Shown here: positions 15,272 to 25,910 of the stretch, piece by piece | How positions within the stretch are numbered: position 1 is the first letter of the stretch | Layout of the letters: each line of letters begins with the position of its first letter | The notes under the pieces: model-generated | Told to the model about the DNA's origin: nothing | Databases searched by the model: none | Seen by the model: only the letters and a program-made list of their open reading frames with translations | Made by a program: the position numbers and the translations under genes | From: Oscillospiraceae bacterium | Lineage (GTDB): Bacteria > Bacillota > Clostridia > Oscillospirales > Ruminococcaceae | Length of the DNA stretch: 64,000 nucleotides | NCBI GenBank assembly: GCA_017400345.1 | Contig: JAFPTG010000003.1 | Span: 5,813 to 69,812, forward strand | Reading direction: 5' to 3'

Positions 15272-16339
15272 TTAGTTAGAATTCAATTGATTTAAAGATT
15301 CCATAACTTCGGTCGATACTGGAGGCACTAATTTTTCAACTGATTCTTTTTCAACTACACTATTTTCTTCTGTTGCAGACGATGGTGGTTCATTCTCCAA
15401 ACTAGAATCTGCAGCAGTTTGTTGAGAATCCTCTTGGAACTCAGTGGGGTTTGGCGATTCAACCTTTTGTTCTACCGTAGACATATCACTTGGCAGAGCG
15501 AGTTTTTCAGAAGGGATTTCTTTAGTTTCATCTGTAATATCGCCGCGTAAATCATCCAACTCGTTTAAAACAGACTTTGTATTAGATTCAGACTCTGAAA
15601 CGGATTTTTCTAAAGATTTTTCTTCAGTATCAGTTAACATTTCGGAGTCAGTTTCGGTTTTTTGCTCGGGACTTTCTAAATCTTTAATCTGTAAACATTC
15701 AATATTTTGTGGTGATATATCTGGTTCTTCTATTTGATCGTTTATTTCAAACAACATAGAGATATCAACGTCATCTTTCGAAGAAAATTGCCCGTGATAC
15801 GCTCCAACTATATAAAAAGAGGCAACAGTTTTGCCAGAAAGATTAGCAAAAACCGGGTATTGCTTGGGGAACTCAGCAAGATTACAAAACCATTTAACAC
15901 CATTTGAGTATTCATTAAACCAGGCAATTTGCGAATCAGAGCGAGCAATGCCAAGAGCCAGGTTATTACCGCTGTGGCATAAATCCTCTCTGTTAACAAT
16001 ATTGTATTTTTCACTGTTATTTATGAATTTATTAATATATATTTGAATAGCTTGCATGGAATTGTTTTTTATCTTTATTGGTGTGGATTTAAAGGCTATT
16101 ATTTTTTCGGAGGCAGAGGAGATATCCGAAAATTCGTTAAATAAACAAAAATCTGAACCAACACCGGCAATTTCAATATCATTTTCTTCAATCGGCAATT
16201 TACCTAAAGAAGAGCAAAGATTAATAGAGAATGCTTTGTTGCTGGCTGCAACCGGGTGAATAGGGCAATTAATCAAAGAAACCAATTCAAAACAAGCAAC
16301 TAAAGCTAAAAGTATATTTAAAACTCGCCGCTTTGCCAT
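15272..16339 (-). CDS. Secreted hypothetical protein with a long acidic Ser/Glu/Thr-rich C-terminal region
   Basis: The preferred start is ATG 16339 (MAKRRVLNILLALVACFELVSL..., signal-like), after AAAGGGG. The C-terminal ~150 aa are acidic and low complexity. Confidence 0.55.
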   Translation of the reverse strand: MAKRRVLNILLALVACFELVSLINCPIHPVAASNKAFSINLCSSLGKLPIEENDIEIAGVGSDFCLFNEFSDISSASEKIIAFKSTPIKIKNNSMQAIQIYINKFINNSEKYNIVNREDLCHSGNNLALGIARSDSQIAWFNEYSNGVKWFCNLAEFPKQYPVFANLSGKTVASFYIVGAYHGQFSSKDDVDISMLFEINDQIEEPDISPQNIECLQIKDLESPEQKTETDSEMLTDTEEKSLEKSVSESESNTKSVLNELDDLRGDITDETKEIPSEKLALPSDMSTVEQKVESPNPTEFQEDSQQTAADSSLENEPPSSATEENSVVEKESVEKLVPPVSTEVMESLNQLNSN

Positions 16340-16516
16340 TAATAAAACCCCTTTCACAATAAGCTACATACAATATTATATCACAAAAATAGAAAAAACT
16401 CAACAAAATAAATAAAATAATTAAAATAGATTCAAAAAGTATAGTTATAACTATTGACAGAATGTGCAATTACCTGTTACTTTATTTAATAAAGAAATAC
16501 TTTTCTGTTTGCAGTG

Positions 16517-16525
16517 TGGTATAAT
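16517..16525 (+). promoter_or_regulatory. Extended -10 promoter element upstream of dprA
   Basis: TGGTATAAT about 35 nt upstream of the TTG start. Confidence 0.4.
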
Positions 16526-16559
16526 AAAAAAATATATAGTTTGCAAGGAATGATATTAT

Positions 16560-17720
16560 TTGGATGAAGATTTAATATATTGGCTTTGGTTGAGTGAACT
16601 GACTGCGTTTAAAAAGCGAACACTTATTAAAGCGGTCAAAAAATTTGGCACAGCTAAAAGAGTGTTTCAAAAACTACACACGTTACACTTAAACGGTAAA
16701 CTTGAAAAAATAATTAGAGGCAGTATTAATTTTAATTTAAAAAGAGCAGAAAACATTTTTAATGAATGCCAAAAATATAATTACTTAATAATAAAATATA
16801 CTGATAAATTATATCCAACAAACTTAAAATACATATATTCACCGCCAATTGTTCTGTTTGCAAAAGGCAAAATAGAGATTGTAAACAGGCTCAAAAATAC
16901 AGGCACAGTCTGTGTTGTAGGCTCCAGAAGAACCACAAATTATGGTGAACAAATAACAAAAAGTTTAATAAAAGACTTGGTTAAGGCAGGCACTATAATT
17001 GTCAGTGGTTTTGCAGTAGGCATAGATGCTGTTGCACACGGAACTGCACTAAAAACGGGAGGAGCAACTGTTGCAGTGCTCGGCTGCGGATTAAACATTA
17101 ATTATCCACTTAAAAATAACGCGCTAAAAGAAGAAATGCTGGCGGGAAATGGTTTGTTTTTATCAGAGTATCCGCCTAACCAAAAAGCAACACGCTTCAC
17201 ATTCCCGGTCAGGAATAGAATATTAGCAGGTATTAGCGATGCGGTTTTGGTCACAGAAGCCGGAGCTAAAAGCGGATCTTTAATCACGGCTGGCTTTGCT
17301 TTAGAACAAGGTAAAGATGTGTTTGTAGTACCGCATAACATAGATATTCAAGAAGCCAACGGCTCTAATAAACTTTTAAAAGATGGTGCACTTATAGCGC
17401 TAGAGGCGAATGATATCTTACTTGAATTACAAAAAAAATATGCTACAATAGAGTTGGTAACTTACAATCCGCAAGAAACATTATGTGAGCAACAAAATAA
17501 TCAAGATATTAAAAAACCACAAACAGAAGAACTTGTGGATTTAAATTTACTAAGTAAGAATGCTAAGAAATTTTATAATAGCCTAGAAGCGGAGGGAAAG
17601 GAACTTGAATATTTGGTTCAAAAATCCGGGCTGGCGCTGAGTGATGCTTTGGTGGCAGTGACCGAACTTGAACTTTTGGGAGCAATAAGAACATTCCCTG
17701 GCCCTAAATATAGCGTATAA
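16560..17720 (+). CDS. dprA: DNA processing protein DprA (Smf)
   Basis: VVGSRRTTNYGEQ and GFAVGIDAVAHGTAL Rossmann-like core, plus dprA-topA synteny. TTG start. Confidence 0.9.
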   Translation: MDEDLIYWLWLSELTAFKKRTLIKAVKKFGTAKRVFQKLHTLHLNGKLEKIIRGSINFNLKRAENIFNECQKYNYLIIKYTDKLYPTNLKYIYSPPIVLFAKGKIEIVNRLKNTGTVCVVGSRRTTNYGEQITKSLIKDLVKAGTIIVSGFAVGIDAVAHGTALKTGGATVAVLGCGLNINYPLKNNALKEEMLAGNGLFLSEYPPNQKATRFTFPVRNRILAGISDAVLVTEAGAKSGSLITAGFALEQGKDVFVVPHNIDIQEANGSNKLLKDGALIALEANDILLELQKKYATIELVTYNPQETLCEQQNNQDIKKPQTEELVDLNLLSKNAKKFYNSLEAEGKELEYLVQKSGLALSDALVAVTELELLGAIRTFPGPKYSV

Positions 17721-17743
17721 TATTATTATGGAGAGACTAGAAT

Positions 17744-19819
17744 ATGAAGAATTTAATTATCGTTGAATCACCGGCGAAAGCCAAAACAATTCAAAAGTAT
17801 TTAAAAGATAAATATAAGGTTGTGGCATCGTTTGGGCATGTTAGAGATTTGCCAAAGAGTAGGTTAAATGTGGATATTAAAAACGATTTCAAACCAACCT
17901 ATGCAACAATCAAAGCCAGACGAGAACTGCTGAAAAGCTTAAAAGAAGAGGTGAAAAAAGGCAAAAAAGTACTGCTTGCAACAGACCCAGACCGTGAGGG
18001 AGAGGCTATTTCTTGGCACTTGGCACAGGTTTTAAAACTAGATCTTAAAGATAAAAACCGAGTGACATTTAATGAAATCACACAAAATGGAGTTAAAGCA
18101 GGCATAAATAACCCGCGTGAGATTGATATGAATTTGGTCGATGCACAACAGGCCAGAAGAATTTTAGATAGAATAGTAGGCTATAAAATCAGTCCACTGT
18201 TGTGGAAGAAGGTCAGACGAGGGCTTTCTGCCGGAAGAGTGCAGTCGGTAGCGGTTAAGATAATCGTTGACCGCGAAAAACAGATTAGAGAGTTTGTGCC
18301 AAAAGAGTATTGGACGATTGAATCAATTTTGAGCAAACAAAAGGGCAAAAAACAATTTAATGCTCAACTCAGCTTAATTAACGGCAAACCGGCAGATATT
18401 TCCACAAAAGCTGCGGCAGAAAAAATTGTTGAAGAACTTAAACATTCCGATTTCATCGTAGAGAACATAAAGAATAACACAAAAAAAAGAACAGCTCCAG
18501 TGCCATATATAACATCCACAATGCAGCAGGATGCTTATAATAAAATATCTTTTTCGTCTAAGAAGACTATGAAGGTAGCGCAGGAACTGTACGAAGGGGT
18601 TAGCACAAAACTTTACGACACCCAAGGCCTTATCACCTATATGAGAACAGACTCCTTGAGAATTTCAGAAGAAGCTAAAACAGCAGCTAGAGAATATATA
18701 AAAAAAACATATGGTGAGCAATATGTAGGATACGAGAAAAAACTCAAAAAAAGCGCAAATGTTCAAGATGCACATGAAGCAATCAGACCCACAAACCTGA
18801 ACATTTTACTGGAATCTGTGGAGCAGGACTTAACAAAAGACCAGTATAAACTTTATAAATTAATTTGGGAAAGATTTGTTGCAAGCCGTATGGCAGATGC
18901 AGTTTACGATATTACATCGGCAGAAATTAAAGCGGGGATTTATACTTTTTCTGCATCTGGTAGCAAGGTAAACTTTTTGGGTTACACAGCGGTTTATAAG
19001 AACAATAAAGAACAAGATGAACAAAAAGAATTACCGGAACTGGAAGTGGGCGAAAAACTTTGTGCAAAAAAAATAGAGCCACTGCAACATTTTACTCAGC
19101 CGCCTGCCAGATTCACAGAGGCATCTTTAATCAAAGCACTGGAAGAAAAAGGCATCGGTAGACCTAGTACATATGCACCTACAATTTCAACAATTATGGC
19201 GCGAGAATATGTGATCAAAGAGGGCAAAAGCCTAAAACCAACAGACCTAGGAGAGATTATAAATGGAATCCTTGAGGAATACTTTAAAAATATTGTAGAT
19301 GAAAATTTCACAGCAACTATGGAAACGGGGCTAGATTCAATCAGCTTAGGGAAATTAGATATGGTTGCGTTGCTTAAGGAATTTTATGGCGATTTTGAAA
19401 AAACACTAAAGAACGCAGAAGAGAATATGGATCCGCAAAAAATAGAAGTACCAAGCGAGCAAACGAACGAGATTTGTGAGGTTTGCGGAGCCCATATGAA
19501 GGTGAAGTTCGGCAAATTTGGCAAATTTTTAGCATGTGAAAGATATCCCGAATGCACGAATACAAAAAAATTCGTTAAGCCGAGTGCGGGCATATGCAAC
19601 AAATGCGGCGGTCAAATTTTAATAAAAAAATCTAAAACAGGCCGCACATATTACGGCTGTGAAAACAATCCAACCTGCGATTTCATGACATGGGATATTC
19701 CAATTGCAGATGCTTGCCCAAAATGCGGAGCAACGCTGTTTAGAACAAAAGGAAAGAACCATAAAATAATCTGCCGAGCAGAAAATTGCGGTTATATAAA
19801 AGAGGGAAACAATGGATAA
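17744..19819 (+). CDS. topA: DNA topoisomerase I
   Basis: TOPRIM N-terminus MKNLIIVESPAKAKTIQKYL, active-site region GLITYMRTDS, and C-terminal C4 zinc ribbons. Confidence 0.97.
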   Translation: MKNLIIVESPAKAKTIQKYLKDKYKVVASFGHVRDLPKSRLNVDIKNDFKPTYATIKARRELLKSLKEEVKKGKKVLLATDPDREGEAISWHLAQVLKLDLKDKNRVTFNEITQNGVKAGINNPREIDMNLVDAQQARRILDRIVGYKISPLLWKKVRRGLSAGRVQSVAVKIIVDREKQIREFVPKEYWTIESILSKQKGKKQFNAQLSLINGKPADISTKAAAEKIVEELKHSDFIVENIKNNTKKRTAPVPYITSTMQQDAYNKISFSSKKTMKVAQELYEGVSTKLYDTQGLITYMRTDSLRISEEAKTAAREYIKKTYGEQYVGYEKKLKKSANVQDAHEAIRPTNLNILLESVEQDLTKDQYKLYKLIWERFVASRMADAVYDITSAEIKAGIYTFSASGSKVNFLGYTAVYKNNKEQDEQKELPELEVGEKLCAKKIEPLQHFTQPPARFTEASLIKALEEKGIGRPSTYAPTISTIMAREYVIKEGKSLKPTDLGEIINGILEEYFKNIVDENFTATMETGLDSISLGKLDMVALLKEFYGDFEKTLKNAEENMDPQKIEVPSEQTNEICEVCGAHMKVKFGKFGKFLACERYPECTNTKKFVKPSAGICNKCGGQILIKKSKTGRTYYGCENNPTCDFMTWDIPIADACPKCGATLFRTKGKNHKIICRAENCGYIKEGNNG

Positions 19820-21131
19820 AGTAACAGTAATTGGCGCAGGCCTCGCAGGCTGCGAAGCAGCATTAGCACTGGCTAAACACAATATTCAGGTAGACTTAAT
19901 AGATATCAAGCCAAAAAACTTCACACCGGCACATAAAAATCCCAATTTTGCCGAATTAGTTTGCTCCAATTCACTCAAGTCCCAAAGGCTAGAAACCGCA
20001 TCTGGTCTGCTGAAAGAAGAGATGAGAATATTAGACTCAGTAGTCATAGAGGCAGCGGAGGCAACAAAAGTACCGGCAGGCGATGCACTAGCTGTAGAAC
20101 GAAATAGCTTTTCTGAATATATTAGTAATAAAATTCGCCATAACAAAAGTATTAATATTATCACCAAAGAGATAACAGAGATTCCACAAGACACGGGCTT
20201 TTACGTAATAGCAACCGGTCCCCTCACAAGCAATAGTTTAGCAAAAAATATAGAGGTATTTTTTGGCAGCGAAAACTTGAGCTTTTTTGATGCAGCGGCA
20301 CCAATCGTTGATGGCGAAAGCCTAGACTATAACAAAGTTTTCTGGGCGTCTCGCTACGGCAGAGGTGGAGCAGATTACCTTAACAGTTGCTTAACCAAAG
20401 CGGAGTATGAACGATTCTATAGCGAATTAATTAACGCAGAAACTGTAAAGTTAAAAGACTTCGAACAGACAGAATTTAAAGTATTTTCAGGCTGCATGCC
20501 GATAGAGACCATAGCTAAAGGTGGCTATGATTCTTTGCGTTTTGGGCCGCTTAAACCGGTGGGCATTTTAGATCATAATAACAAAGAGAAACCATTTGCC
20601 GTGGTACAACTGCGCAAAGAAAATAACAGAGGCACACTTTTTAACTTAGTAGGCTTTCAAACTAACCTTAAATGGAACGAACAAAAAAGAGTGTTTAGGC
20701 TCATTCCGGGGCTGGAGGAAGCAGAGTTCATACGCTATGGAGTTATGCACCGCAACACATTTATAAATAGCCCCAGACTGCTGGACAATTGCTTTAGGAG
20801 CCGCGAACATAAAAATTTGTTTTTTGCCGGGCAACTCACGGGAGTGGAAGGCTATTTAGAATCGGCAGCAAGCGGACTTTTTGTGGGTTTAAACCTGGCA
20901 AGAATGCTATGTGGCAAAAAACTCCAACCATTAGAGCCTTGCAGTATGATAGGAGCACTTGCCAATTATATAAGCTGTGAAGCAAACGCGAACAACTTTC
21001 AGCCAATGAACAGCAACATGGGCATTTTGTCACCACTTACAGAGAGGGTAAAAAATAAACAAGAAAGATATAAACAACTTGCTAACTTGGCAATAGACGC
21101 AGTAAAAAGGTGGAGAAATAATGAAATATAA
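19812..21131 (+). CDS. trmFO: Folate-dependent tRNA (m5U54) methyltransferase TrmFO
   Basis: FAD-binding VIGAGLAGCEAA, 439 aa, follows topA as in other Bacillota. Confidence 0.93.
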   Translation: MDKVTVIGAGLAGCEAALALAKHNIQVDLIDIKPKNFTPAHKNPNFAELVCSNSLKSQRLETASGLLKEEMRILDSVVIEAAEATKVPAGDALAVERNSFSEYISNKIRHNKSINIITKEITEIPQDTGFYVIATGPLTSNSLAKNIEVFFGSENLSFFDAAAPIVDGESLDYNKVFWASRYGRGGADYLNSCLTKAEYERFYSELINAETVKLKDFEQTEFKVFSGCMPIETIAKGGYDSLRFGPLKPVGILDHNNKEKPFAVVQLRKENNRGTLFNLVGFQTNLKWNEQKRVFRLIPGLEEAEFIRYGVMHRNTFINSPRLLDNCFRSREHKNLFFAGQLTGVEGYLESAASGLFVGLNLARMLCGKKLQPLEPCSMIGALANYISCEANANNFQPMNSNMGILSPLTERVKNKQERYKQLANLAIDAVKRWRNNEI

Positions 21132-22326
21132 ATATAAGAAAAAACAAAACTTTAAAATATGGTTAATTATTGCAGTGCTCACACTGCTACTCACTTCAAT
21201 AAAGATAATAAATAAACCCAACAACACAGTAAAACAACAAACAAAAAGTATAAACAAACAAAAAACTGTAGCGTTAAACAAACCTGAACATACAATTAAA
21301 CCGCAAAATAAAGTTACAATACAACAAAAAGATATATCTGTCGCGCAGTTTTATGACCCTCTTAATTGGTCCACACATAGCACACAAATAAAAGAGGCAT
21401 TAAAAACCAGCGAGGCAATCGAGATTAAAAGCATGCGAGAGGCTTTAAAGTCAGATAATCGCAATGCAGATTTTTCGGGAGCGGTGTATAAGGTCAAACT
21501 CTCAAATGGTTTAGAAGCGGTTTTTAAAACAACAGATAGCGGCAATATGGCAAAAGACCGTATGGAAGAAGCAGCTTATGACCTTTCAGCGGCAACAGGC
21601 ATAGCTTTTGTACCTCCCACAGTCCATAGAGAGTTAACAGCCGACTTTAATAAAACAGGCCACACACAAACAAAAACGGGATTTTTGAGCCTTTTTGTAG
21701 AAACCCAAACAGATTTAATTTCGCTGAGTAAAACAAGATTTGATGAATTGCTGGAACGTTCAGGTAAAGAACGGGTAGCTAATTTTAAGATATTTAATTT
21801 TGTTTTTGGAAATTGGGACGTAGGACCACATAACATGCTAATTTCCGAATATAAAAGAGGAAACAATATAGACTACTTTCCAATTTCAATAGATAATGAA
21901 GGGATAGCAAATATCCAAAAAGTTAGATATGGCGCAATCCCGTTTGTAAAATTCTTCGGAACAAACTCTTCGAACCCAAAAACCGAATTCCCGTTTGACG
22001 AGGCAAAACTAAGCGATACTGCGGCTAAACAAGAGGTTTCAAAAGAACTAAACTTTTATCCTCCGGGTCGAACACATAACTATATTGTTTGGAGCGGGTG
22101 CTATTGGGCGCAATTTTTCGATTCTTATTGGGATTCCCCTAGCGACATAACGGATTTGCTTTACGCAGACTATTTACCACCCAAAACAAAAATAGCCTTA
22201 AAAAACCTTTCTAAGGAGCAGCTTTTTAAGATATTTGACAAAACTGAACAGACGGCATCTGAACATTTAAAAGAGATAGTAATAGGGATTTTAGAACGAA
22301 GAGATATGCTGCTGGCAAAGTTCTGA
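21121..22326 (+). CDS. Membrane-anchored hypothetical protein with PI3K/PI4K-like atypical kinase motifs
   Basis: K-rich N-terminus plus one TM (WLIIAVLTLLLTSIKII). Kinase-like elements: GAVYKVKLSNGLEAVFK, FGNWDVGPHNML (catalytic-loop-like D....N) and ISIDNEG (DFG-like). It overlaps trmFO by 11 nt. Confidence 0.45.
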   Translation: MKYKYKKKQNFKIWLIIAVLTLLLTSIKIINKPNNTVKQQTKSINKQKTVALNKPEHTIKPQNKVTIQQKDISVAQFYDPLNWSTHSTQIKEALKTSEAIEIKSMREALKSDNRNADFSGAVYKVKLSNGLEAVFKTTDSGNMAKDRMEEAAYDLSAATGIAFVPPTVHRELTADFNKTGHTQTKTGFLSLFVETQTDLISLSKTRFDELLERSGKERVANFKIFNFVFGNWDVGPHNMLISEYKRGNNIDYFPISIDNEGIANIQKVRYGAIPFVKFFGTNSSNPKTEFPFDEAKLSDTAAKQEVSKELNFYPPGRTHNYIVWSGCYWAQFFDSYWDSPSDITDLLYADYLPPKTKIALKNLSKEQLFKIFDKTEQTASEHLKEIVIGILERRDMLLAKF

Positions 22327-22341
22327 TGTATCAGTTTTTTC

Positions 22342-22370
22342 TTGACGGCATAAAAATCTGGTGGTATATT
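22342..22370 (+). promoter_or_regulatory. Sigma-A type promoter of leuS
   Basis: TTGACG-17 nt-TATATT with upstream TGG. Confidence 0.5.
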
Positions 22371-22419
22371 AGTATAGAAAGCAAGTGCTTTTTGTAATTT
22401 TTTAAGGGGAGGAAGTAAT

Positions 22420-24834
22420 ATGGAATACAATTTTAAAAAGATTGAGAAAAAATGGCAAGATTTTTGGTACACATCCAATTTATTCGCCGCACAGAACGAT
22501 ACCAAACTGCCTAAATATTACCCACTGGTAGAGTTCCCATACCCTTCTGGAGCAGGCTTGCATGTGGGGCATCCCAGGTCATATATCGCATTAGATATTG
22601 TAGCACGCAAACGAAGAATGCAGGGCTTTAATGTGCTTTATTGCATGGGCTGGGACGCATTTGGCTTGCCCACCGAAAACTATGCCATAAAGAATAAAAT
22701 ACACCCCAAACTGGTCAATAAACGTAATGTAGCACACTTTAAAGAACAAATAAAAAGCTTGGGGCTTTCGTTTGATTGGAGCCGCGAGATAGATACCACA
22801 GATGAAAACTATTACCGCTGGACACAATGGATATTTTTACAACTGTTTAAACATGGCCTTGCCTATAAAAGCGAAGCTACAGTTAACTGGTGCACAAAAT
22901 GCAAAGTAGTTTTAGCAAACGAAGAGGTGGTTAATGGCTGTTGCGAACGTTGTTCAGGTCAGGTTGTCAAAAAAAATAAAAGCCAATGGATGCTGAAGAT
23001 TACCGAATATGCCCAAAGATTATTGGATGATTTAGAACTAGTCGATTACCCGCAAAAAGTAAAACTCTCACAGATCAATTGGATTGGCCGTTCCGAGGGC
23101 GCAGAGATTAAATTTAAAACCACAATAGGTGACGAACTAGAAGTATATACCACACGGCCGGATACAATCTTTGGCGCAACCTATATGGTTGTTGCACCGG
23201 AACACAAATTAATACAAAAATGGCTACCACATTGCAAAAATGCAGAACAGATAAAAGAATATATTAATGAGTCAGCAAAAAAATCAGACCTAGAACGAAC
23301 AGACCTGGTCAAAGAAAAAACCGGAGTAAAACTCGAAGGGATAATGGGCGTCAACCCGGTTAATAATAAAGAGATCCCAATTTTCATAGCGGACTATGTG
23401 CTCGTTTCGTATGGCACAGGCGTAATCATGGCGGTTCCGGCACACGATGAGCGTGACTGGGAATTTGCTAAAAAATACAATCTGCCAATCATCCCGGTAA
23501 TTTCAGGTGGCCAAACTGACCAAGAGCCATACACTTCAACAGATGCAGGGCAATTAATCAATTCGGGCTTTTTAAATGGCCTAAGTGTTGCAGATGCTAA
23601 AGAGGCAATAATCAATTGGCTAAAAGAGAAAGACATTGGCAATAAAAAAGTCAACTTCAAGCTAAGAGACTGGATATTTTCGCGGCAAAGATATTGGGGC
23701 GAACCGATCCCGATAGTACACTGCAAAGATTGCGGCTGCGTACCTTTAAACGAAGCCGATCTGCCGCTAAAATTACCGGAGATAGAATCTTATGAACAGA
23801 CCGATACAGGAGAATCGCCACTTTCTAAAATAGAGGAGTGGGTAAACTGCAAATGCCCAAAATGTGGCAAGCCAGCACAAAGAGAAACAGACACAATGCC
23901 GCAGTGGGCCGGCTCTTCATGGTACTTTTTGCGCTATTGCGACCCACATAACCAAAACGAACTCGCGTCACAAGAACTGCTAAAATATTGGCTGTCGGTA
24001 GACTGGTATAACGGCGGAATGGAACATACAACATTGCACCTGCTTTACTCAAGATTTTGGCATAAGTTTTTGTACGATATTGGGGTTGTGCCGACGGTTG
24101 AACCATATGCAAAACGCACAAGCCACGGTCTAATTTTGGGTGAGCATAACGAGAAGATGAGTAAATCTAAGGGCAATGTGGTCAACCCAGATGATATAAT
24201 AGCTCAATATGGTGCAGACACAATGCGGCTTTACGAGATGTTCCTAGGGGACTTCGAAACTGCAGCACCTTGGAGTACCGATTCAATAAAAGGTTGTAAA
24301 CGGTTTTTAGACAGAGTGTTCAACTTGCAAGAAATGATTACAGGGCAAGCGGATCAATTTTCAAAAGAGCTGGAGGTTAAATTTAATAAAGCAATAAAAA
24401 AAGTTTCGCAAGATATTGAAACACTTAAATTCAACACAGCAATCGCAACACTCATGAGCTTGCTTGGCGATATTTATAAAAACAAAGGCTTAAATACATT
24501 TGAGCTAAAAATATTTTTGCAACTGCTTTGTGTATTTGCACCACATATTTCAGAAGAGATTTGGAGCATTCAAAAATTTGAGGGCTTGGCATGTAAACAA
24601 ACGTGGCCACAGTTTGATGAAGATTTGTGCAAAGAGGAAACCGTTGAAATTGCAGTGCAAATAAACGGCAAAATCAAAGCAAGAATCGAGATTGCAGCAG
24701 ACTTGGCACAAGAGGAGGCGCTGGTAGAGGCAAAAAAAATAAATATTGTGGAACAAATATTGAACACGGCAAAGATTAAAAAAGAGATTTATGTTAAAGG
24801 CAGACTTATAAATTTTGTACTAGAAAAATTATAA
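22420..24834 (+). CDS. leuS: Leucyl-tRNA synthetase
   Basis: HVGHPRSY (HIGH) and KMSKSKGN (KMSKS) motifs, 804 aa. Confidence 0.97.
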   Translation: MEYNFKKIEKKWQDFWYTSNLFAAQNDTKLPKYYPLVEFPYPSGAGLHVGHPRSYIALDIVARKRRMQGFNVLYCMGWDAFGLPTENYAIKNKIHPKLVNKRNVAHFKEQIKSLGLSFDWSREIDTTDENYYRWTQWIFLQLFKHGLAYKSEATVNWCTKCKVVLANEEVVNGCCERCSGQVVKKNKSQWMLKITEYAQRLLDDLELVDYPQKVKLSQINWIGRSEGAEIKFKTTIGDELEVYTTRPDTIFGATYMVVAPEHKLIQKWLPHCKNAEQIKEYINESAKKSDLERTDLVKEKTGVKLEGIMGVNPVNNKEIPIFIADYVLVSYGTGVIMAVPAHDERDWEFAKKYNLPIIPVISGGQTDQEPYTSTDAGQLINSGFLNGLSVADAKEAIINWLKEKDIGNKKVNFKLRDWIFSRQRYWGEPIPIVHCKDCGCVPLNEADLPLKLPEIESYEQTDTGESPLSKIEEWVNCKCPKCGKPAQRETDTMPQWAGSSWYFLRYCDPHNQNELASQELLKYWLSVDWYNGGMEHTTLHLLYSRFWHKFLYDIGVVPTVEPYAKRTSHGLILGEHNEKMSKSKGNVVNPDDIIAQYGADTMRLYEMFLGDFETAAPWSTDSIKGCKRFLDRVFNLQEMITGQADQFSKELEVKFNKAIKKVSQDIETLKFNTAIATLMSLLGDIYKNKGLNTFELKIFLQLLCVFAPHISEEIWSIQKFEGLACKQTWPQFDEDLCKEETVEIAVQINGKIKARIEIAADLAQEEALVEAKKINIVEQILNTAKIKKEIYVKGRLINFVLEKL

Positions 24835-24880
24835 TAATGTTGAACACACTTAAAAATCGAACAAAAATCATTAAATAGGC

Positions 24881-24909
24881 TTGCAGAAATATAAAAAATG
24901 TGCTATTAT
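24881..24909 (+). promoter_or_regulatory. Promoter upstream of the divIC-like gene
   Basis: TTGCAG-17 nt-TATTAT with an ATGTGC element upstream of the -10. Confidence 0.45.
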
Positions 24910-24967
24910 AAAAAAATAACGGAAATTTTATGTTTTTATGTATTTTTTAAGAAAAGAGGAATATAAT

Positions 24968-25255
24968 ATGCGAAAAAAAAGCCATTTTAATTCGCAGGCA
25001 TTTTTCACGTTACTTCTTTTTTGTTTTACACTTGCGAACGTTTTTAATATAATAAAACTTGTGCCAGAAGGAATTCAAAAAAAAGCAGAACTTGCAAATT
25101 TAATCCAAAAGCGCGAAAAAAAACAAGAAACAGTCCAAAAACTTTCCAAACAGTTATCGCAAAACAATGATGAATACATAGAGCAAAAAGCAAGAGAACT
25201 CAACTATGTTTACCCGGAGGAGCACATTTTCATAGATACATCAGGGGACTCATAA
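24968..25255 (+). CDS. Septum formation initiator (DivIC/FtsB family)
   Basis: Start ATG 24968 after AAGAGGAA. One TM segment, a coiled coil, and a conserved EEKARELNYVYPEE-type motif. Confidence 0.75.
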   Translation: MRKKSHFNSQAFFTLLLFCFTLANVFNIIKLVPEGIQKKAELANLIQKREKKQETVQKLSKQLSQNNDEYIEQKARELNYVYPEEHIFIDTSGDS

Positions 25256-25300
25256 GAATAAGAGACAGTTTATTGGCGAATATTAAGGAGGATTTTTGTT

Positions 25301-25777
25301 TTGAACGAGCCCAGGCAAGAAATACTAGAGGGAGAGGTCACAAAAATTGCCCCTTATGGAGCATTTATAAAATTAGCAGATGGCAGATTCGGAATGGTGC
25401 ACATTTCCGAGATTGCTTACGAATATGTTAGCACAGTAGAAGACGTTTTAAAAATAGGCGATAAAGTCAAAGTAATTTTACTAGAAAGCCAAAAAGATAA
25501 GCTTAACTTTTCTATTAAACGTGCACAAAAACCACAAAGAACAGAGAGCAACAAACCATTAAATAAAGAGCAAACTAACAATGCAGATGGCTTTAAGAGC
25601 ATAAAACAGAATAAACAATCACAGTTCAAAGAGCAAAATGGGCAGTCTGCAGCGGCAAAATTTGAAGACATGCTCAATAAATTCAAACAAACAAGTGATG
25701 AAAAGCTGTCATCATTAAAAAAGGTGGTCAACACAAGACGTGGAACTAATAGAAAGAATTCTTCTGGCAGGAAGTAA
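25301..25777 (+). CDS. S1 RNA-binding domain protein (YugI/GSP13-like) with basic tail
   Basis: GEVTKIAPYGAFIKLADGRFGMVHISEIA S1 motif. TTG start after AAGGAGGA. Confidence 0.8.
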   Translation: MNEPRQEILEGEVTKIAPYGAFIKLADGRFGMVHISEIAYEYVSTVEDVLKIGDKVKVILLESQKDKLNFSIKRAQKPQRTESNKPLNKEQTNNADGFKSIKQNKQSQFKEQNGQSAAAKFEDMLNKFKQTSDEKLSSLKKVVNTRRGTNRKNSSGRK

Positions 25778-25910
25778 ATATTATTATTATCAAAAATATT
25801 GGCAAACCCCGCCGCTAGGTGGGGTATAATGAAATGCGGTTATTCGTATAAAATAGAAGTAATTTTATTTTAATTTATTTTTGATAATGATTATAAAAGG
25901 AGTAATAATT

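Noticed and set aside
22327-22419. T-box riboswitch leaders upstream of leuS (also thrS at 25778-25910 and argS at 50595-50625)
   Set aside because: The intergenic regions are only about 93, 133 and 31 nt and lack the conserved T-box sequence and a terminator/antiterminator pair. Simple promoters are visible instead.
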